Source of the DNA: Ruditapes philippinarum
Taxonomy: Eukaryota
Assembly (NCBI RefSeq): GCF_026571515.1
Contig: NW_026852337.1
Coordinates: forward strand, 1 to 64,000
DNA: 64,000 bases
Direction of reading: 5' to 3'
Each line of letters begins with the position of its first letter. Position 1 is the stretch's first letter. Both the position numbers and the translations under genes were made by a program. The notes beneath the pieces were generated by a model. It did no database searches. It was not told where the DNA came from and saw only the letters and a list, made by a program, of their open reading frames with translations. Shown here one piece after another: positions 40,001-52,869 of this stretch.

Positions 40001-40819
40001 AATCATATAAAAGTTCATGTAAATCCAGCAGTCCAAGTACTACGTACTTTCATGAGATCTGCTAACTTTGCTTGATCATATTATGCATAATAGAAAAATG
40101 TCAGTCAACGAAGTATGTGTGTAAGCACGAGGTGGTTGTGACAATGAAGATAGCTGATGGTCTCCATTGTTCGTCTTAACTTTCACATTTTATATTACTT
40201 TTTTGTCAATTGTACATTGTCGACCATATAAATAAATATGATTTGCAAGCATTAGTGTAATGATCATCTTTTAATTCATCAAAAGAATGGAATGTATGTA
40301 TATTTATAACAAGCAAGATAAAATGCCATTTTGAAGAAAAATATTCCAATTTATGGCAGGGATTTATGTTGAAATAGACCATTATATATAAATTAAATAA
40401 GTACAAAGAATATGTTTTTAGATAACGATATAATAATTATGCATTCATTCAATAACTTTGATTTATGTGCATGGTTTGTAAAGATGATACTTGATTATAC
40501 ATGTTTATGAGTTAGTTAAAATATAACATCCTATGTAAAATAAAATAAATGCAAAAAAGATTATTTTTTCAGATAACGATACTATATGCATGCATGATCC
40601 TGAGTTATGTGCATGGTACTTGATGAAACATGTTAAGGAGTTTTTTTAAAGAAGTAATTATCAATTAGATTTAACCGACATATATATCTCGGTACTTCAA
40701 AAGACCTGAGATGATGAATATCTTGCTCATTTTAGAACTGACTTAATATGCTGCTTCAACAAATTCTATCAATAAAGAAGGCAAGTGATCATATTGGTGG
40801 AAATTACATAATTTTCTTG

Positions 40820-41235
40820 CATTTCAGACAGGATTATCTACCGTTTACACCGGTGCTAGAAAACTCTGTCTTACACCCCCATGTAAGACAAGTCGCGTGC
40901 GTTAAATGACGCCATTGACGCACGCCTTTTATGAATGAATCGCCTTCTTAGGATGACGTCATTTTTCCGTTATGAATGAAGTTGTATGTTCATACGCTAC
41001 TATAAGAAAAAAGTGCGTAATGAAAATATCAGTTTTCATAATTTCTGTTCCGAAAGTAATTGACATGCAATATGCAAGAAAAAGAATCAAACACCGGCTG
41101 TTGTACCGACGTGAATATCTAGCTCTCGGCTAACTGTTTAGCGGAAACTCGGCAGTGCCTCGTTTTCGCTGTAAACAGTTACCCTCGAGCTAGATATTCC
41201 GGTCTGTACCGGCAGCTGGTGTAAGATTCTTATAA
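40820..41235. mobile_element. Non-autonomous long-hairpin element (Crypton-like)
   Basis: Palindrome at about 41082-41230 (aagaatc..acaccggctg..aatatctagctc..aactgttta / taaacagtt..gagctagatatt..cagctggtgt..gattctt); TGACGTCA upstream. Confidence 0.6.
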
Positions 41236-41629
41236 TACTGAAGACTAATACATACAGAAAAATGTGGTAAAAGTGCCGAAAAGTTGGAATTTATTATTTT
41301 ATCATTTCATTTACCATCAGCCATGTATCAAAGAATAATTATATCAATATATCAATGAACTTTGCGACACTTTTATGAAAATTGAAGATAAGTTTTTTAG
41401 TGAGACTTTTATCCCCTGTTGATTTTATACGTTTATTTGTTTGTTTAAGGTGCTGTATGGTGTAATGTAAGGCTAGAAATCTAAAATCCTGCACAGTATC
41501 TATCCTATTTAAAAAAAAAAACTGAGTACATCTTATTCAAACATAATCATAACTTAATATCACACATTATGCGGTATCTTATTTGCGTGTCTGCTTAAAT
41601 GCAAAATAAAAGTCAAACGACAGAGAAAA

Positions 41630-42328
41630 CAAGAAGTATCTTTAAAAAGATACTCGGCCGAAGTCAAACTTGTTAACTTGCATAGGATAAGCTACAACTA
41701 TCCATGCTAATCGCAAACAGAACACTTTATTCGTACTCAATAGTTTTATTTCAGTTCATTTTTTCCCGCAATGTTTTCCCCCATTAATTGTCATCTTAGA
41801 TTTAAACAATATTACTTGTATTATTTGAATTTAATCAAAATGGAATTTGACTTGAATAGGAATTTATAATAAAACAAATATTTAGTAGATACTGTACACT
41901 TATTCCACAGAGAATTGTGTCTGCAACTGTAAATAAGTCGGAAGTTCGTTTCAATCGTCTTATGCCCGGAATGAGAAGACAATATAATGACTAGAACAGC
42001 TTAGAAAAGAAACCAAGTCGAACGCAAAAGTATCAAAAAGGCGATCTGTCATATTTAATTTTATATATTTATTGAAAAGCTGTTAGAAACATCTAGAAAA
42101 TATTATTATGGCGTTTTTATATTTATTATGATTTATATCTTTTTCCAATACTTCTTGCCATCGCGCAATCGAACAGACCTCTACATAAAACAGAAGCTCT
42201 TCTAAAGTATCAATCGAACAGGCTATAAGTGTTAAAATGACCAATGAAATTCTGCCCATTTTCATTTCTTTACTGTTAATTTCAACGGAAGTCAAGGTGA
42301 AATCAGACGGCTTTTGGCCGAAAAAGCA
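41630..42328 (+). mobile_element. ~700-bp insertion with Helentron/HINE-like ends
   Basis: Absent from the paralogs at about 32910 and 63660. Begins aacaagaagtatctttaaaaagatac (hairpin) and ends with the hairpin cggcttttggccg plus an A-run. Confidence 0.55.
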
Positions 42329-45300
42329 AATTTATAATCCTTTGGAACTATATTTTAGGATGAGTGAATGAATAGTAGATGACTTCACTATCTCCATTCC
42401 CTTTCTTTTCATTCCAAAAAATATCAACATTAAATTAAACATTTATTTAAAGCAGTGCAATGGCATTGACAAACTGGTTATTTTCTGCAAGCACATTTAT
42501 TTTGAATTGATAGTCTGGGGGAATAATTAAGTGAGATATAAACTGCCGAACTTCATATCTGATTTGTGTCGATCGTAGTGTTTAATAATGATAATTTGAA
42601 TTTATTTGTTAATGTAAACAATATTTACATGAAGACAAGATAAAGTTTTCTTCTAATGTAGGTGCTTTGTATGTTCTGAAATAAAACTGCAACCTGTATT
42701 TAGTATCAAATTTTAGTGATTATTCTGCATTAACAGACATTCTCTTGGAAGGACCTATTGTGCGTTATAGAGACATTTGTTATATCTGATTCAACAAAAG
42801 ATTTAAAATTGCTTTATTTCCGATAAATAATGACCACTCATAATCGACCCTTTATGTTGTAAGGAAATAGATACATATAAGATAAAAAATAAATACGAGT
42901 GGCTTTGTTTGCCTCTCATACAATTTCAAAATCAAAACAACCCAATGAGCTAAAAAGTTTGATTTTCCATTTATATATAAAATATCCAAGTAGCATTTAT
43001 ATAAAAGTTATGTTTATGTTGTAAAAAGCATAATATAGCAAGCAAGTAGTATCGTAACATCCACACAAACTATTTAATCGTTGCCAAAACGAAAACAGGC
43101 AAACATACTTTTGAGATATGGACAATGAATACCATTTTGGAAACCTTAGCAATGCAACAAAAAATTGAAAACTTGTTTTGATATAGAAGTGAATAGCGTT
43201 TGTGGGGTTAAATTGGCATGTAAGACAGGAAGCACACGCTTATAAGGTAAATTGACGTGCATCTCTAGGTGCGTTAATGCAGATAATCAGACAGTCTGAC
43301 AGAACTAATGCCGTTTGATAACAAGGCTGATGTGTGGTTTAAATGCTACATTTGTCATGATGCCAAATAAGGGTGGTATTTTAATGAAATTGTTTGTTTA
43401 TTGCACATATTAAAACATGTGGTCATTTAGTTAATCATTTTAGGTTTTATTGATTTGAGCATGTGTTGTTTGCTTTTGCATATGAGATGATAGTTTACCT
43501 CTTGTCGTCACTGCCAACTGTAATGTTATAATTTGTCTGTTATAAGTTACTGCTTTAAAACATCACGTTCGTTGCCTATCTATATTATTACGCAATAAGA
43601 AAATCAGGAATGCAGGAAATCATATCAGAAATGAATTTTCACACAAGTACCTTTACAGGTGTTTTGACTTATATTACGTTTATTGCCTAACTTGAAGTAT
43701 AAGCTAAAGTAACTACGGTACCGTTAATATAGTTATAAGTACATAAAACATGTTTTATATGCTATAAACAAAATATGTTTATCTTGAAAACGTTATAAAA
43801 GGTGCCAGAATATATATTATATTTTAACGAGATTTTAATTTGCTGTTGAAAATGTAACTTCTCCACCTATCATTGCTGAATTACATATATTATTATACAG
43901 AAGTTTAACTTCTGAAAAAGGAATATATATATATATTTTTAATCTTTATCCTATATTTGGCAGGCAATTCGTTGTAAATTAAAGATAAATTTTATATACA
44001 CAACTAATGATACCATGAAACTTTGAAGCCTTCTTTTTGGTTTAAGTTTATTTTTAAGATAAACATTTTACACAGGGGTTTTAACATAAAATTATACCAA
44101 TAATTTATTGAAATATGAAAGACATTTGATATTACTATATTAAACAAGACTTTGAAAAAGACCTGCTAGTTTTTATTGCATCAAAGTCATCAACAATATT
44201 ACTTACCATAGAAGAACATTCTTGTAAATAGATTAAAAGAAAAAAAATCAGATCATTTTAATACAAAATTGCTTGCTTTGAAACTTGTTAAGGGAGATAA
44301 AGGTACATAGGATTGTAACGTTAAGCTTAATTATTAATATAACATATAACTAAGGGAGTTATCACCGGATAGATTTGTTAAATGATGCGTTGGCCGAAGT
44401 TGAAATAATTTTTAAACAATTTGCATTAATATTAATTTTGTATATGTTATGTTTGTTTTCGCATTTTTAACTTTTAAGAATGCTATATACGTAAATCAGA
44501 CAAGAGCAGCTTTAATTTAAAACGATTTTATTATCTCAACATTATTATTGCTATAATAGAATATGTGATTGCGGAGTATTTTGTGGATATGTCTCTTCTG
44601 CTTCAATTCAGAAAAAAAAACAACAACAGAAAACCAATATAATAACACCCCTTTGATGATTTATCTAAAGCACACTGTTAAAATAATAGATGACTTCAAT
44701 AATTCCCTTGCTTGTAATCCTGAAATAACGTCAATATTAATTAAACATTAGCGCATTGTTGCAATAACAATTATTTTTGCGTTGATAAATTCGAGGAAGA
44801 ATTTTTTAAGGCATTAAAGTCTCCGTTCTTTATTCCTGATCCGTTAATTTTGATAGACTGTAGGTTACAGGATATTGCCGTTCCTTCATATATTATAATA
44901 TTACAAAAAGGAAGGTTTATGTTAAATAAAGAAATCGCAAAAGCAATGTCTCAGGGAAAAGCAATCATAATGTTTCAAAATAAGACTGTAAAATAATTTT
45001 AATAGCATGAACATTGTATAGAAAGAATAGAAATATTGAAGATAGGCTCGAAGGTAGAACATCGCTTAACTGTCCACCCAGTATCACTATTTTTTCGTAA
45101 AACATCATGAAAGTAAAGACTGACATAACAAGTGGAATATAGACACGCATATTTGATCGTTACTTCTGAGAACATCTTTCTAGACATTAAGGCATTGATT
45201 TGATTTGTTGTTTTTTTAAAGAAAATATCTTACATACAGCATGAATGACACATTCCAGTGAAATATCAAGAATAAAAATCCCAAGTTCCAATTGCAAGCT

Positions 45301-45652
45301 TTGTCACGAATGCTGTCATAATATATGATATGTAAAAGGTAAAGTTGTCATATTTTGTTTATCAGAAACATTCCAAAGGTATAGGGAGACTGTCCGTTTA
45401 AGTTGGAACATCTAAGACCTTTTCAAATTGTTTCAAGATATCGCCTGTTAATGTTTATTGCTAATAATTTAAAGGCATCATTATGTATTAAAGTGGATGG
45501 TAGTTCATACTAATTATTTATATTTGGTGACCGTATTGGTTTGACACAGTAACTTTTATTCCGGCTAGCATCTTATTGTTTTCACAGCGAGTGTTTGTGT
45601 AATAGTACAATGAATAAAAACGCTCTTTAAACGTTTTATCCTACATCATATA

Positions 45653-46873
45653 CGAGGTATGATCAGAAAGTTCTCGGTCCGATATACTTCTAGCAACTAC
45701 ACTGACATTTACACACGATACGTCGATACCGATATATCATTGAAGATTACTGACCGAATTACTTGCGGTTTTACACAGATTAAGTAACATAAAACACACT
45801 TTGATTAGTAGATGGGTGTGTCATTAAGACCAAATGGAGAAAAGTTGAAATCAGAGCCGTTATTAAGTACTTCTATAAGAATGGGATGTCCCTAAAGGAA
45901 ATCCCTGACGACTTCATAGACACACTTAGGAAGAAGTCCCCTTCCTATAGCACTGCCAAAAATGGGCTGCTGCATTTAAGAGGGTCAGGGAAAGCATTGG
46001 AGATAATAAGCGGCCTGGGCGGCCAAAAGAGGCCACAAACGATGAAACTGCCGAAGATGTGCACGATCTGGTCATGTGCGACAAAGGTGAGACCTGCGAA
46101 GCATTGCTAGGGAAGTGGGTATAAGCTTTGGTTCAGTTCAGGCAATTCTGATCGAAGTCCATGGCATGTCAAAGGTTTCCGTTAGGTGGGTCCACAGACA
46201 GTTGACAGATACGGACCAGGCTTGACATTCAAGATATCTTTTGTCTTGCTACGAGGTGGAACCTGATTTTATCTACCGGATCGTAAATCAGGATGAATCA
46301 TGGGTCCATCACTTCGATCCACAATCCAAAAAAACAGAGCATGCAGTGGAAGTACCCTGGCTCACCCCTCCGAAGAAATTCAAGCGGGTCCACCAGCAGG
46401 GAAGATGTTGGTTTCATTTTTTTGGTCAGGGGATAATTATGATTGACCGTCTTGGGCAAGGTCGTACCATAAACGGTACGTACGTCTGCGTCAAGAAATC
46501 TCGCGTTAAAAGAGGGGCAAACTGATTCAAGGCGTTCTGCTCCTGCACGACAATGAGTCAGCTCACACATCCCAAGTTGCGATGATTGCAGCTTTGAAAT
46601 TCTTTCCCATCCCCAATATTCTCTGGATTTGGCCCCCTCCGACTTATTCCTGTTTCCGAAACTGCTTATGAAGCAATGAAGGTGTCATCGAGGCCAATGA
46701 GTTTTTTGAAGGCCAAAAAAGGAGAGTTCTGTTTTGAAGGGTTAAACAATATGGAGCACAGGTGGGCAACGTGCATTGATGTAGAGGGCGATTATATTGA
46801 AAAGTAAGACCATTAGATGGTGTCTCTGACTACCGGAAGTGCATCGGGAAGAGAACTTTTTGATCAATTCTCG
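45653..46873 (+). mobile_element. Full-length defective mariner (Tc1/mariner) transposon
   Basis: About 30-bp imperfect TIRs (cgaggtatgatcagaaagttctc / gagaactttttgatcaattctcg), TA on both sides, 1221 bp. Confidence 0.95.
45834..46807 (+). pseudogene. mariner transposase, multiple frameshifts
   Basis: MEKVEIRAVIKYF..., WVHRQL (WVPxxL motif), QDESWVHHFDP, LLLHDN, YSLDLAPSDLFLFPKL, GDYIEK*. Confidence 0.93.
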
Positions 46874-47399
46874 TAATTTGTTATAGACATACAATTGGCA
46901 AGCATTATTATATGTTTGACTTTTACTGCAAAAAGTGTTTAATCTTTTTGAGTGTTTGAATGTTTTTGTCCACCCGCTGAAGAGAATCTGATTAATAATC
47001 AAGTAGTCAGTGACACGATCTTTGGGCAATGCATAATTTCTCCGTTAGAAGTTAACACGAACATTAAGGCTTATGGTAATTAATCTCTCCATGCTGTTTC
47101 AGAAATCGGTTTTATCAATATTCGGTCACCTTTGTTTAGTTAATTTAGTGTTAGTTATCCTGGAAACCTGATTCATTTTATCGAGCATCGAAATATGAAC
47201 AAAACATGTGTTAAAACGGGTTTAAATATCAGGATAACATACAAACAAAACTTTGTGTGTAAAACAGGAAAACAATCATTTCACGCACGCGATAGTGTAA
47301 GAAATATGTTTTTCCCGTCAAATAATATTTGCCTTGCAAGCTAGAAGATATTAAAAGTAATGGAATCATATGCTGACAGAGTCTGATGACAAAACAGTA

Positions 47400-50300
47400 A
47401 AACAGCACATTGAAGAGAAACATCGTTCTGTCAAGACAATGAACAGTTTTCATAACTCATAACCGTCCAGACTATCATATTAAGTCTTCAATTATCATCA
47501 CTTATATATTTCGTCACGACATAACCATTTGACTTCAAAATATCCCGTAAATGATAGTGTTTTGTACTACTCTAGCTTTTCAGTCTGACACAATAGAATA
47601 TAGTATGCAATTTAGTTATTTTACCAAGTCATTTAAGATACAATGTACATTTATCTTATCATATATATGCAAGAGAAATTTGATAAAATTTGAAAAAGGA
47701 AAATTCTTTTATTTTTAAGTTAACTTCGTTTAAATAGTGTTTCTTCGAAATGATTATATTGATAATGTAATTTATCCTTTTGTCAGTTGATGTATTTCAT
47801 ATATCTGTTTCTTACCACTATAATTGATTTCACTCACTATATGTTAAGGCGCACGCCTTTTTCTCAATATGCTGAACTATGTAGTTCAATCAAATATAAA
47901 ATATGAATTTAGGAACTTTTTGCATTATGAAAAATGTTGTTTTGCTATTAAATGAAGAAATAAGGATGATAGTTGTTCTGACGTGTTTGATAATTTGAAG
48001 GTTAATCAAAAGCTGCTTAAACTTATTATCTTTATTTCACTTAGCCCATATTGTATCTCTATGGTAAACTCAGTAGCTACAATATCATATAATAAAATAT
48101 ATTTTAGATATTTCTTTGCGAGATTTTGACACTAGGCACGCAAAACAGATTTGAGTTTAGAAATCGGTTATTAAAATATACATAACATTACTTCCTATGC
48201 ATAAATAATACAATTTGATGTGTTCTATACATTTATTATTGTTTATTTGCGATTGATATAGACGTGTTATGCGACATCTACACTGCATAAAAAGAATAAA
48301 AAGAAAACAGTACAGAGACATCCAACAGTTTAGCAATCCCTTGATAGTTAATTTAAACTTGTGTCTTGAATAACTGTCGACTACACTAGTTCCTCTGCTC
48401 CTTATTTCAAGAAAATGTCAATATTTATTTAGCATTATATGGACTAACTGGTAATATGTTGCAAAAACTTTTGTTTTGTATGAATGGTCTAGGGAACACA
48501 TTTTTATCTAGGACTAAACCGCCAAATTTGATAGCTGATCCGTGATAATCATATTGCTTAATACTGGAATTCTGATCAAAATGTATTTAGCCGATGGCAC
48601 AATCAACTGCAATTGTCACTTCATAAGCACGAAGGAGCAACATGTTACACCATTGACATTAATGAAATCAAAGTTCGGACTTTTGTGTGATAAGGGGTTC
48701 TTGATGATATATCGGTTGACAAGATTATTTTCGTTCAAACACATTGATAATAACTGGTGAAGAACATTCGGGGAAATAAAAAAATCCCTTGATAGTCTGA
48801 CAACGGCCTAAAGACCGTTTGACAGACATTTGTTATGTCTAATTCGACCATAACTCCCAAGTCACTTTATTTTTCGATTAAATGTCAACGCTGAATGACG
48901 TGATTAATGTCTGGATGGTGCTCCTTGGGAAAATGTTGAGTTCTTATATGAGTAGATATCAACCATGTTTTGTTTTGCCTGAAAATAAAAATAACATATT
49001 TAAGTTTTCATTCCAAATGATTTTTTTTAATGTTAATATTTGTTAATATAGAGGTTAATAGACATATATTTACTTCTATCAGTACACTGAACATAGATCT
49101 ACATAATCCCAAATGTTTATAATTAGCAATTCAACTATATATCAAATAGAATATCATATTCAATTGTATTATTTTTCAGAGAGAAACGACGTACGTTCAT
49201 AGGTGTATAAACACTTGCTTCCATGGATAATATAACATATGGAAAAAGCTTATTTTAAAGATGTTCTGATGCAAACTGTCTGCGCAGTGAAAGATGAAAA
49301 TAAACAGACCTGAAGGTATGTGGTGCATGCTATCATTAACTTTTTTCTGTGTTTATCATATTGCCTATTGTACGTTTGTCTAAAAGCAAATTAGTTTTTT
49401 ATCGTTTATGATTGATTTCTTTTATTATCCGAATTAAAACCTATTAGCCTATTATGAATATGTCAGAATATATGTACCTGTTATCAGGCAAATAGTCCTT
49501 TTCAGGTCGTAAGTCTTAGTGTGTTAGCTACTGTCATAACTGGCTTGTCCAGCTGCAACGGTTAAACAAGTGAAGTAACGTTTTGCACATGCCTAAAATG
49601 ATACGCTATAAGAAATCTATAATTATAGTAATATCTCATCATTATCTGTTCCATTATCTGTTTAATCATATTTCCAATTTCAGATATTTGTGACTTAAAA
49701 CTCTTTTTCTTGCATCTTTTGAATTATTTACAATTTAAATGTACCTTTCATCGAGTGACTTTCATTGTTTCGCTTAGCTTATCGGTTTCAGAGTTTAAAA
49801 AAAAGAAAGTTAGTACAGAGAGTTTAATATAATTATAGGGAATAATTAGTATCGTTGTTGCCGTCTTATTTGGAATACAACACTTCAATAAAGTAATGTA
49901 GTAAACTGTTGATGCATCAAAGTCACAGACAATATCAACTACCATCAAGAAGCAATCATAAAAAATAGATTAAAAAAGAATGTAATTGATTCTTTTCGGG
50001 GTTTCACAATTGTAGCATTTTAACCATATTATACAGTCCTTGTGGATTTCATTGATCAAAATTGCTGATATCCTTCATTTTAATTACTAACGCTGTTTCA
50101 AACGCCAATAGACATCTTGCGAATAAAACATGTTTGATGCGCTGTTAACAAAATACGCGTATCATGAACATTATATTAAGTTGTCGAAATTAACTTTTAA
50201 ATGCGCTATTTTAAGAGCTTTAATTTGTCTGTTTGAGCAATAGCAATTAAATTTCTCCACCAGCCATCGGCCATTTAAAAAATGAATTAAATATAAATCA

Positions 50301-51300
50301 CATTGAATTATCCTTGTCGTAAGTTGTTTTCTTTAATTATGTAGGTATCTAGTTTGTTTAAAGAGTTTAACAATAACAAAACAAAAAAAACTGAAATTTA
50401 AGATGACATTGCTATCGTAAGTTTGCCGGCATTATTTCTATTTAGATATATTGTTTTAAAGGGTTAATGCATCAAAGTCATCTACAATACACATAATGTG
50501 CGACCAATTGTTTGTGGAAAAGGTGAATAAACAGACGCGCAAGTCATTTGCTATAAATAGGATATTTATTTCAATGTTATGCGTATGTACTCTTATTAAA
50601 GTGTATTAAACAATGCGACAAAAAACGAAAAGTCTATGAACTTCCTGAACAAATTTTGTACATGTCTACAAAAGTAATTCATCTAAAAACATTAAATGCG
50701 TTACGCATGATGGAGCGTTCAAATGAACGACAGAATCTCAGTGGTATCATTTCTACAATAAAAAGTGCTTAGAATTTCTGCAGAGATATTCATAATCACA
50801 TTGAAACCTTTAGCTTCTGAAGTCTATCTATAAAATATTATATTAGTCATAACAAAATACATTATTTATTTCAGTGGATTTCAAGCTATACAAGTACATA
50901 ATTCGACATCTGTTATTCTAAATGACTTAGCATTAGAATATTTAAGATAAAAATCATTATAAAGACATAAGCATGTGTAGCCAGACAATTATTTTTATTA
51001 TTATCTTTTTACCTGACAACTGGATATTTTTCTTGATTTTCAAATTATAAGCGTTCATTAAACATGTTTGTTTCTTCTTCGAACATGTTAAAGTGTTCTT
51101 ATAGAAAAAAGCATTTTATACTTAAAAAAAGTTTGGAAGATTTACAAGTCAAGTAAGTAATTAGACAGCAATTTTAAATGAAACTTGATCTAGAATATTA
51201 TCTTTTTACATAATCCCTGATGACAATGATTGATAAAAATACAATGTACTGAAGTATTATTACAAAAATATATTCTGGAATATGACTTTCAGATTTGAAC
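47400..51300 (+). pseudogene. More diverged LRR relic unit
   Basis: LTGNMLQKL (about 48445), RLTDICYV*FDHNSQVTL (about 48815), ANCLRS (about 49270), NHIETFSF*SLSIKYYISHNKIHYL (about 50795-50870), KLDLEY (about 51181). Confidence 0.55.
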
Positions 51301-52533
51301 CTCATAACCTTCTGATTTATGACTGGAATTGCACAGTTTTGATTTTGGAACTGTCGTTTGAATTGTCATTTTAGTGTTTAAGGGATTTCAGGTTCGTAAC
51401 ACAAAAATTAGCTACCAACAAGATCGAGCCTGAATCGAATATAAGACAAAATAGGAGACATTCATTATTTGGCTTTTCTTTTATTACATCGTCTACTTAT
51501 TTAAATACTTTCCAAATATTATATTATGAGGATAACAATCCTATTAATATTAATCGCCAGAAGGTGGTTGCTACATAAGGCGTTGGACAAGGAGTACTTG
51601 CAAAAAATATTTGTATCATAAAGTCCTTACAATCCAATGTGTAGTTGTAATTTTATAAACTGTTTTCTGATAGCGGTTGTTACTGAAGGTGTTTGCTACC
51701 ATGTTGAATATTGTTGGCAACTCGATATTTATCATATTGCCATTACTTTGATAAATAACATATATAATTTATATTTTTCACAAAACGTTTTTCTCTTCTA
51801 TTCAAAAATGGAACACAAAAATGTTAACCTATTAGTAAAATAATTTGATTTTCTTAGACTAAATTAAAACACTTGGGGTTGAATGGAAAAAATGCATACT
51901 TATAATCGCTTCATCTATAGATATCAATGTATTTAGCTTCTAATTGTTTTTGACTGTTTTCCATTTAGACAATACATTTTTAGAGGATAAAACATTTTAC
52001 ATATGTCAACTGTAGATAATACATTATTCAAATAAAAAGACAACCAATGAAATCACAAAGTCTTGGGTATGTAACTGTGTAACTGTTTGGCTGATAGTTT
52101 GCTGTTTGGAAATATTTGTGCAATAAAGAACTGCCCTGATATACCTTTCCTAACCGCTTTTTCTAGTTTAAAAAAGAATTTTGACAGGCATTGAACATGC
52201 TCAATACAACACATTTAGTTTTGAAGGGCTCATTTATATAAATGAGAAGTTTAAAACGTTTAAGTTTTCACCTAATACATTTAATTTCGCCTTATTTCCC
52301 CTTTTTTGCAGAAATGAAAATACTAAATAGTTTGGAAGTCCGCCCTCAAATTTCCGTTTCAGTATTTATTCAAATGTTAACATTCTTTTATTGTAATAAA
52401 TGGCTCATACTGAAAGTAAGTACCACTATTTGAAAATAAAATGAAATGCACTTTGGGAAATCTACAACATATCTAAGATAAAGTTTCATGTGCCTATTTT
52501 ATATAAATTATGTATTGATTTCTAAAATTCATA

Positions 52534-52780
52534 ACCAGTTGCCCCTCACCGCTATGGGTTCGAATCCCGACAGTGACTTTGGATTCTTTCATGTGAGGAA
52601 GCTATCCAGCTAGCTCACGGAACATCGATGCTTCTACTCAGGTGCCCGTTTGTGCCTGAAATAATGCACGGAAGGGCACCTGAGGTCTTCCTCCACCAGC
52701 AAAAACTGTAACGTCGCCGTAAGACCTATACTGTGTCGATGTGACGTAAAACCAAATCAAACAAACAAACATACAAACTT
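52534..52780 (+). mobile_element. tRNA-derived SINE, likely Meta/MESC-type molluscan family
   Basis: B box GGTTCGAATCC, central gtgaggaagctatccagctag...cttcctccacca, (CAAA)n tail; TSD aaattcata at 52525-52533 and 52781-52789. Confidence 0.88.
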
Positions 52781-52869
52781 AAATTCATATAATTTGTACT
52801 TTTGTAACAAATTTGTTGTCTTTCGGTTATTAGACTGGCGAATGTTAGCAACTTTTTACGTATCGGTTT

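Larger units (their letters stand above)
37670..44800 (+). pseudogene. Higher-order unit 2 of LRR relics
   Basis: Same module order as 28365-35880: CANANCLGR*..RPEGM, YENGIKGVGFHFFNKL, HIRDKSFCQYNGTLPYIRTV, VWCNVRL, KLPNFISDL, CLSYNFKIKT, CNPEITSI. Confidence 0.6.
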
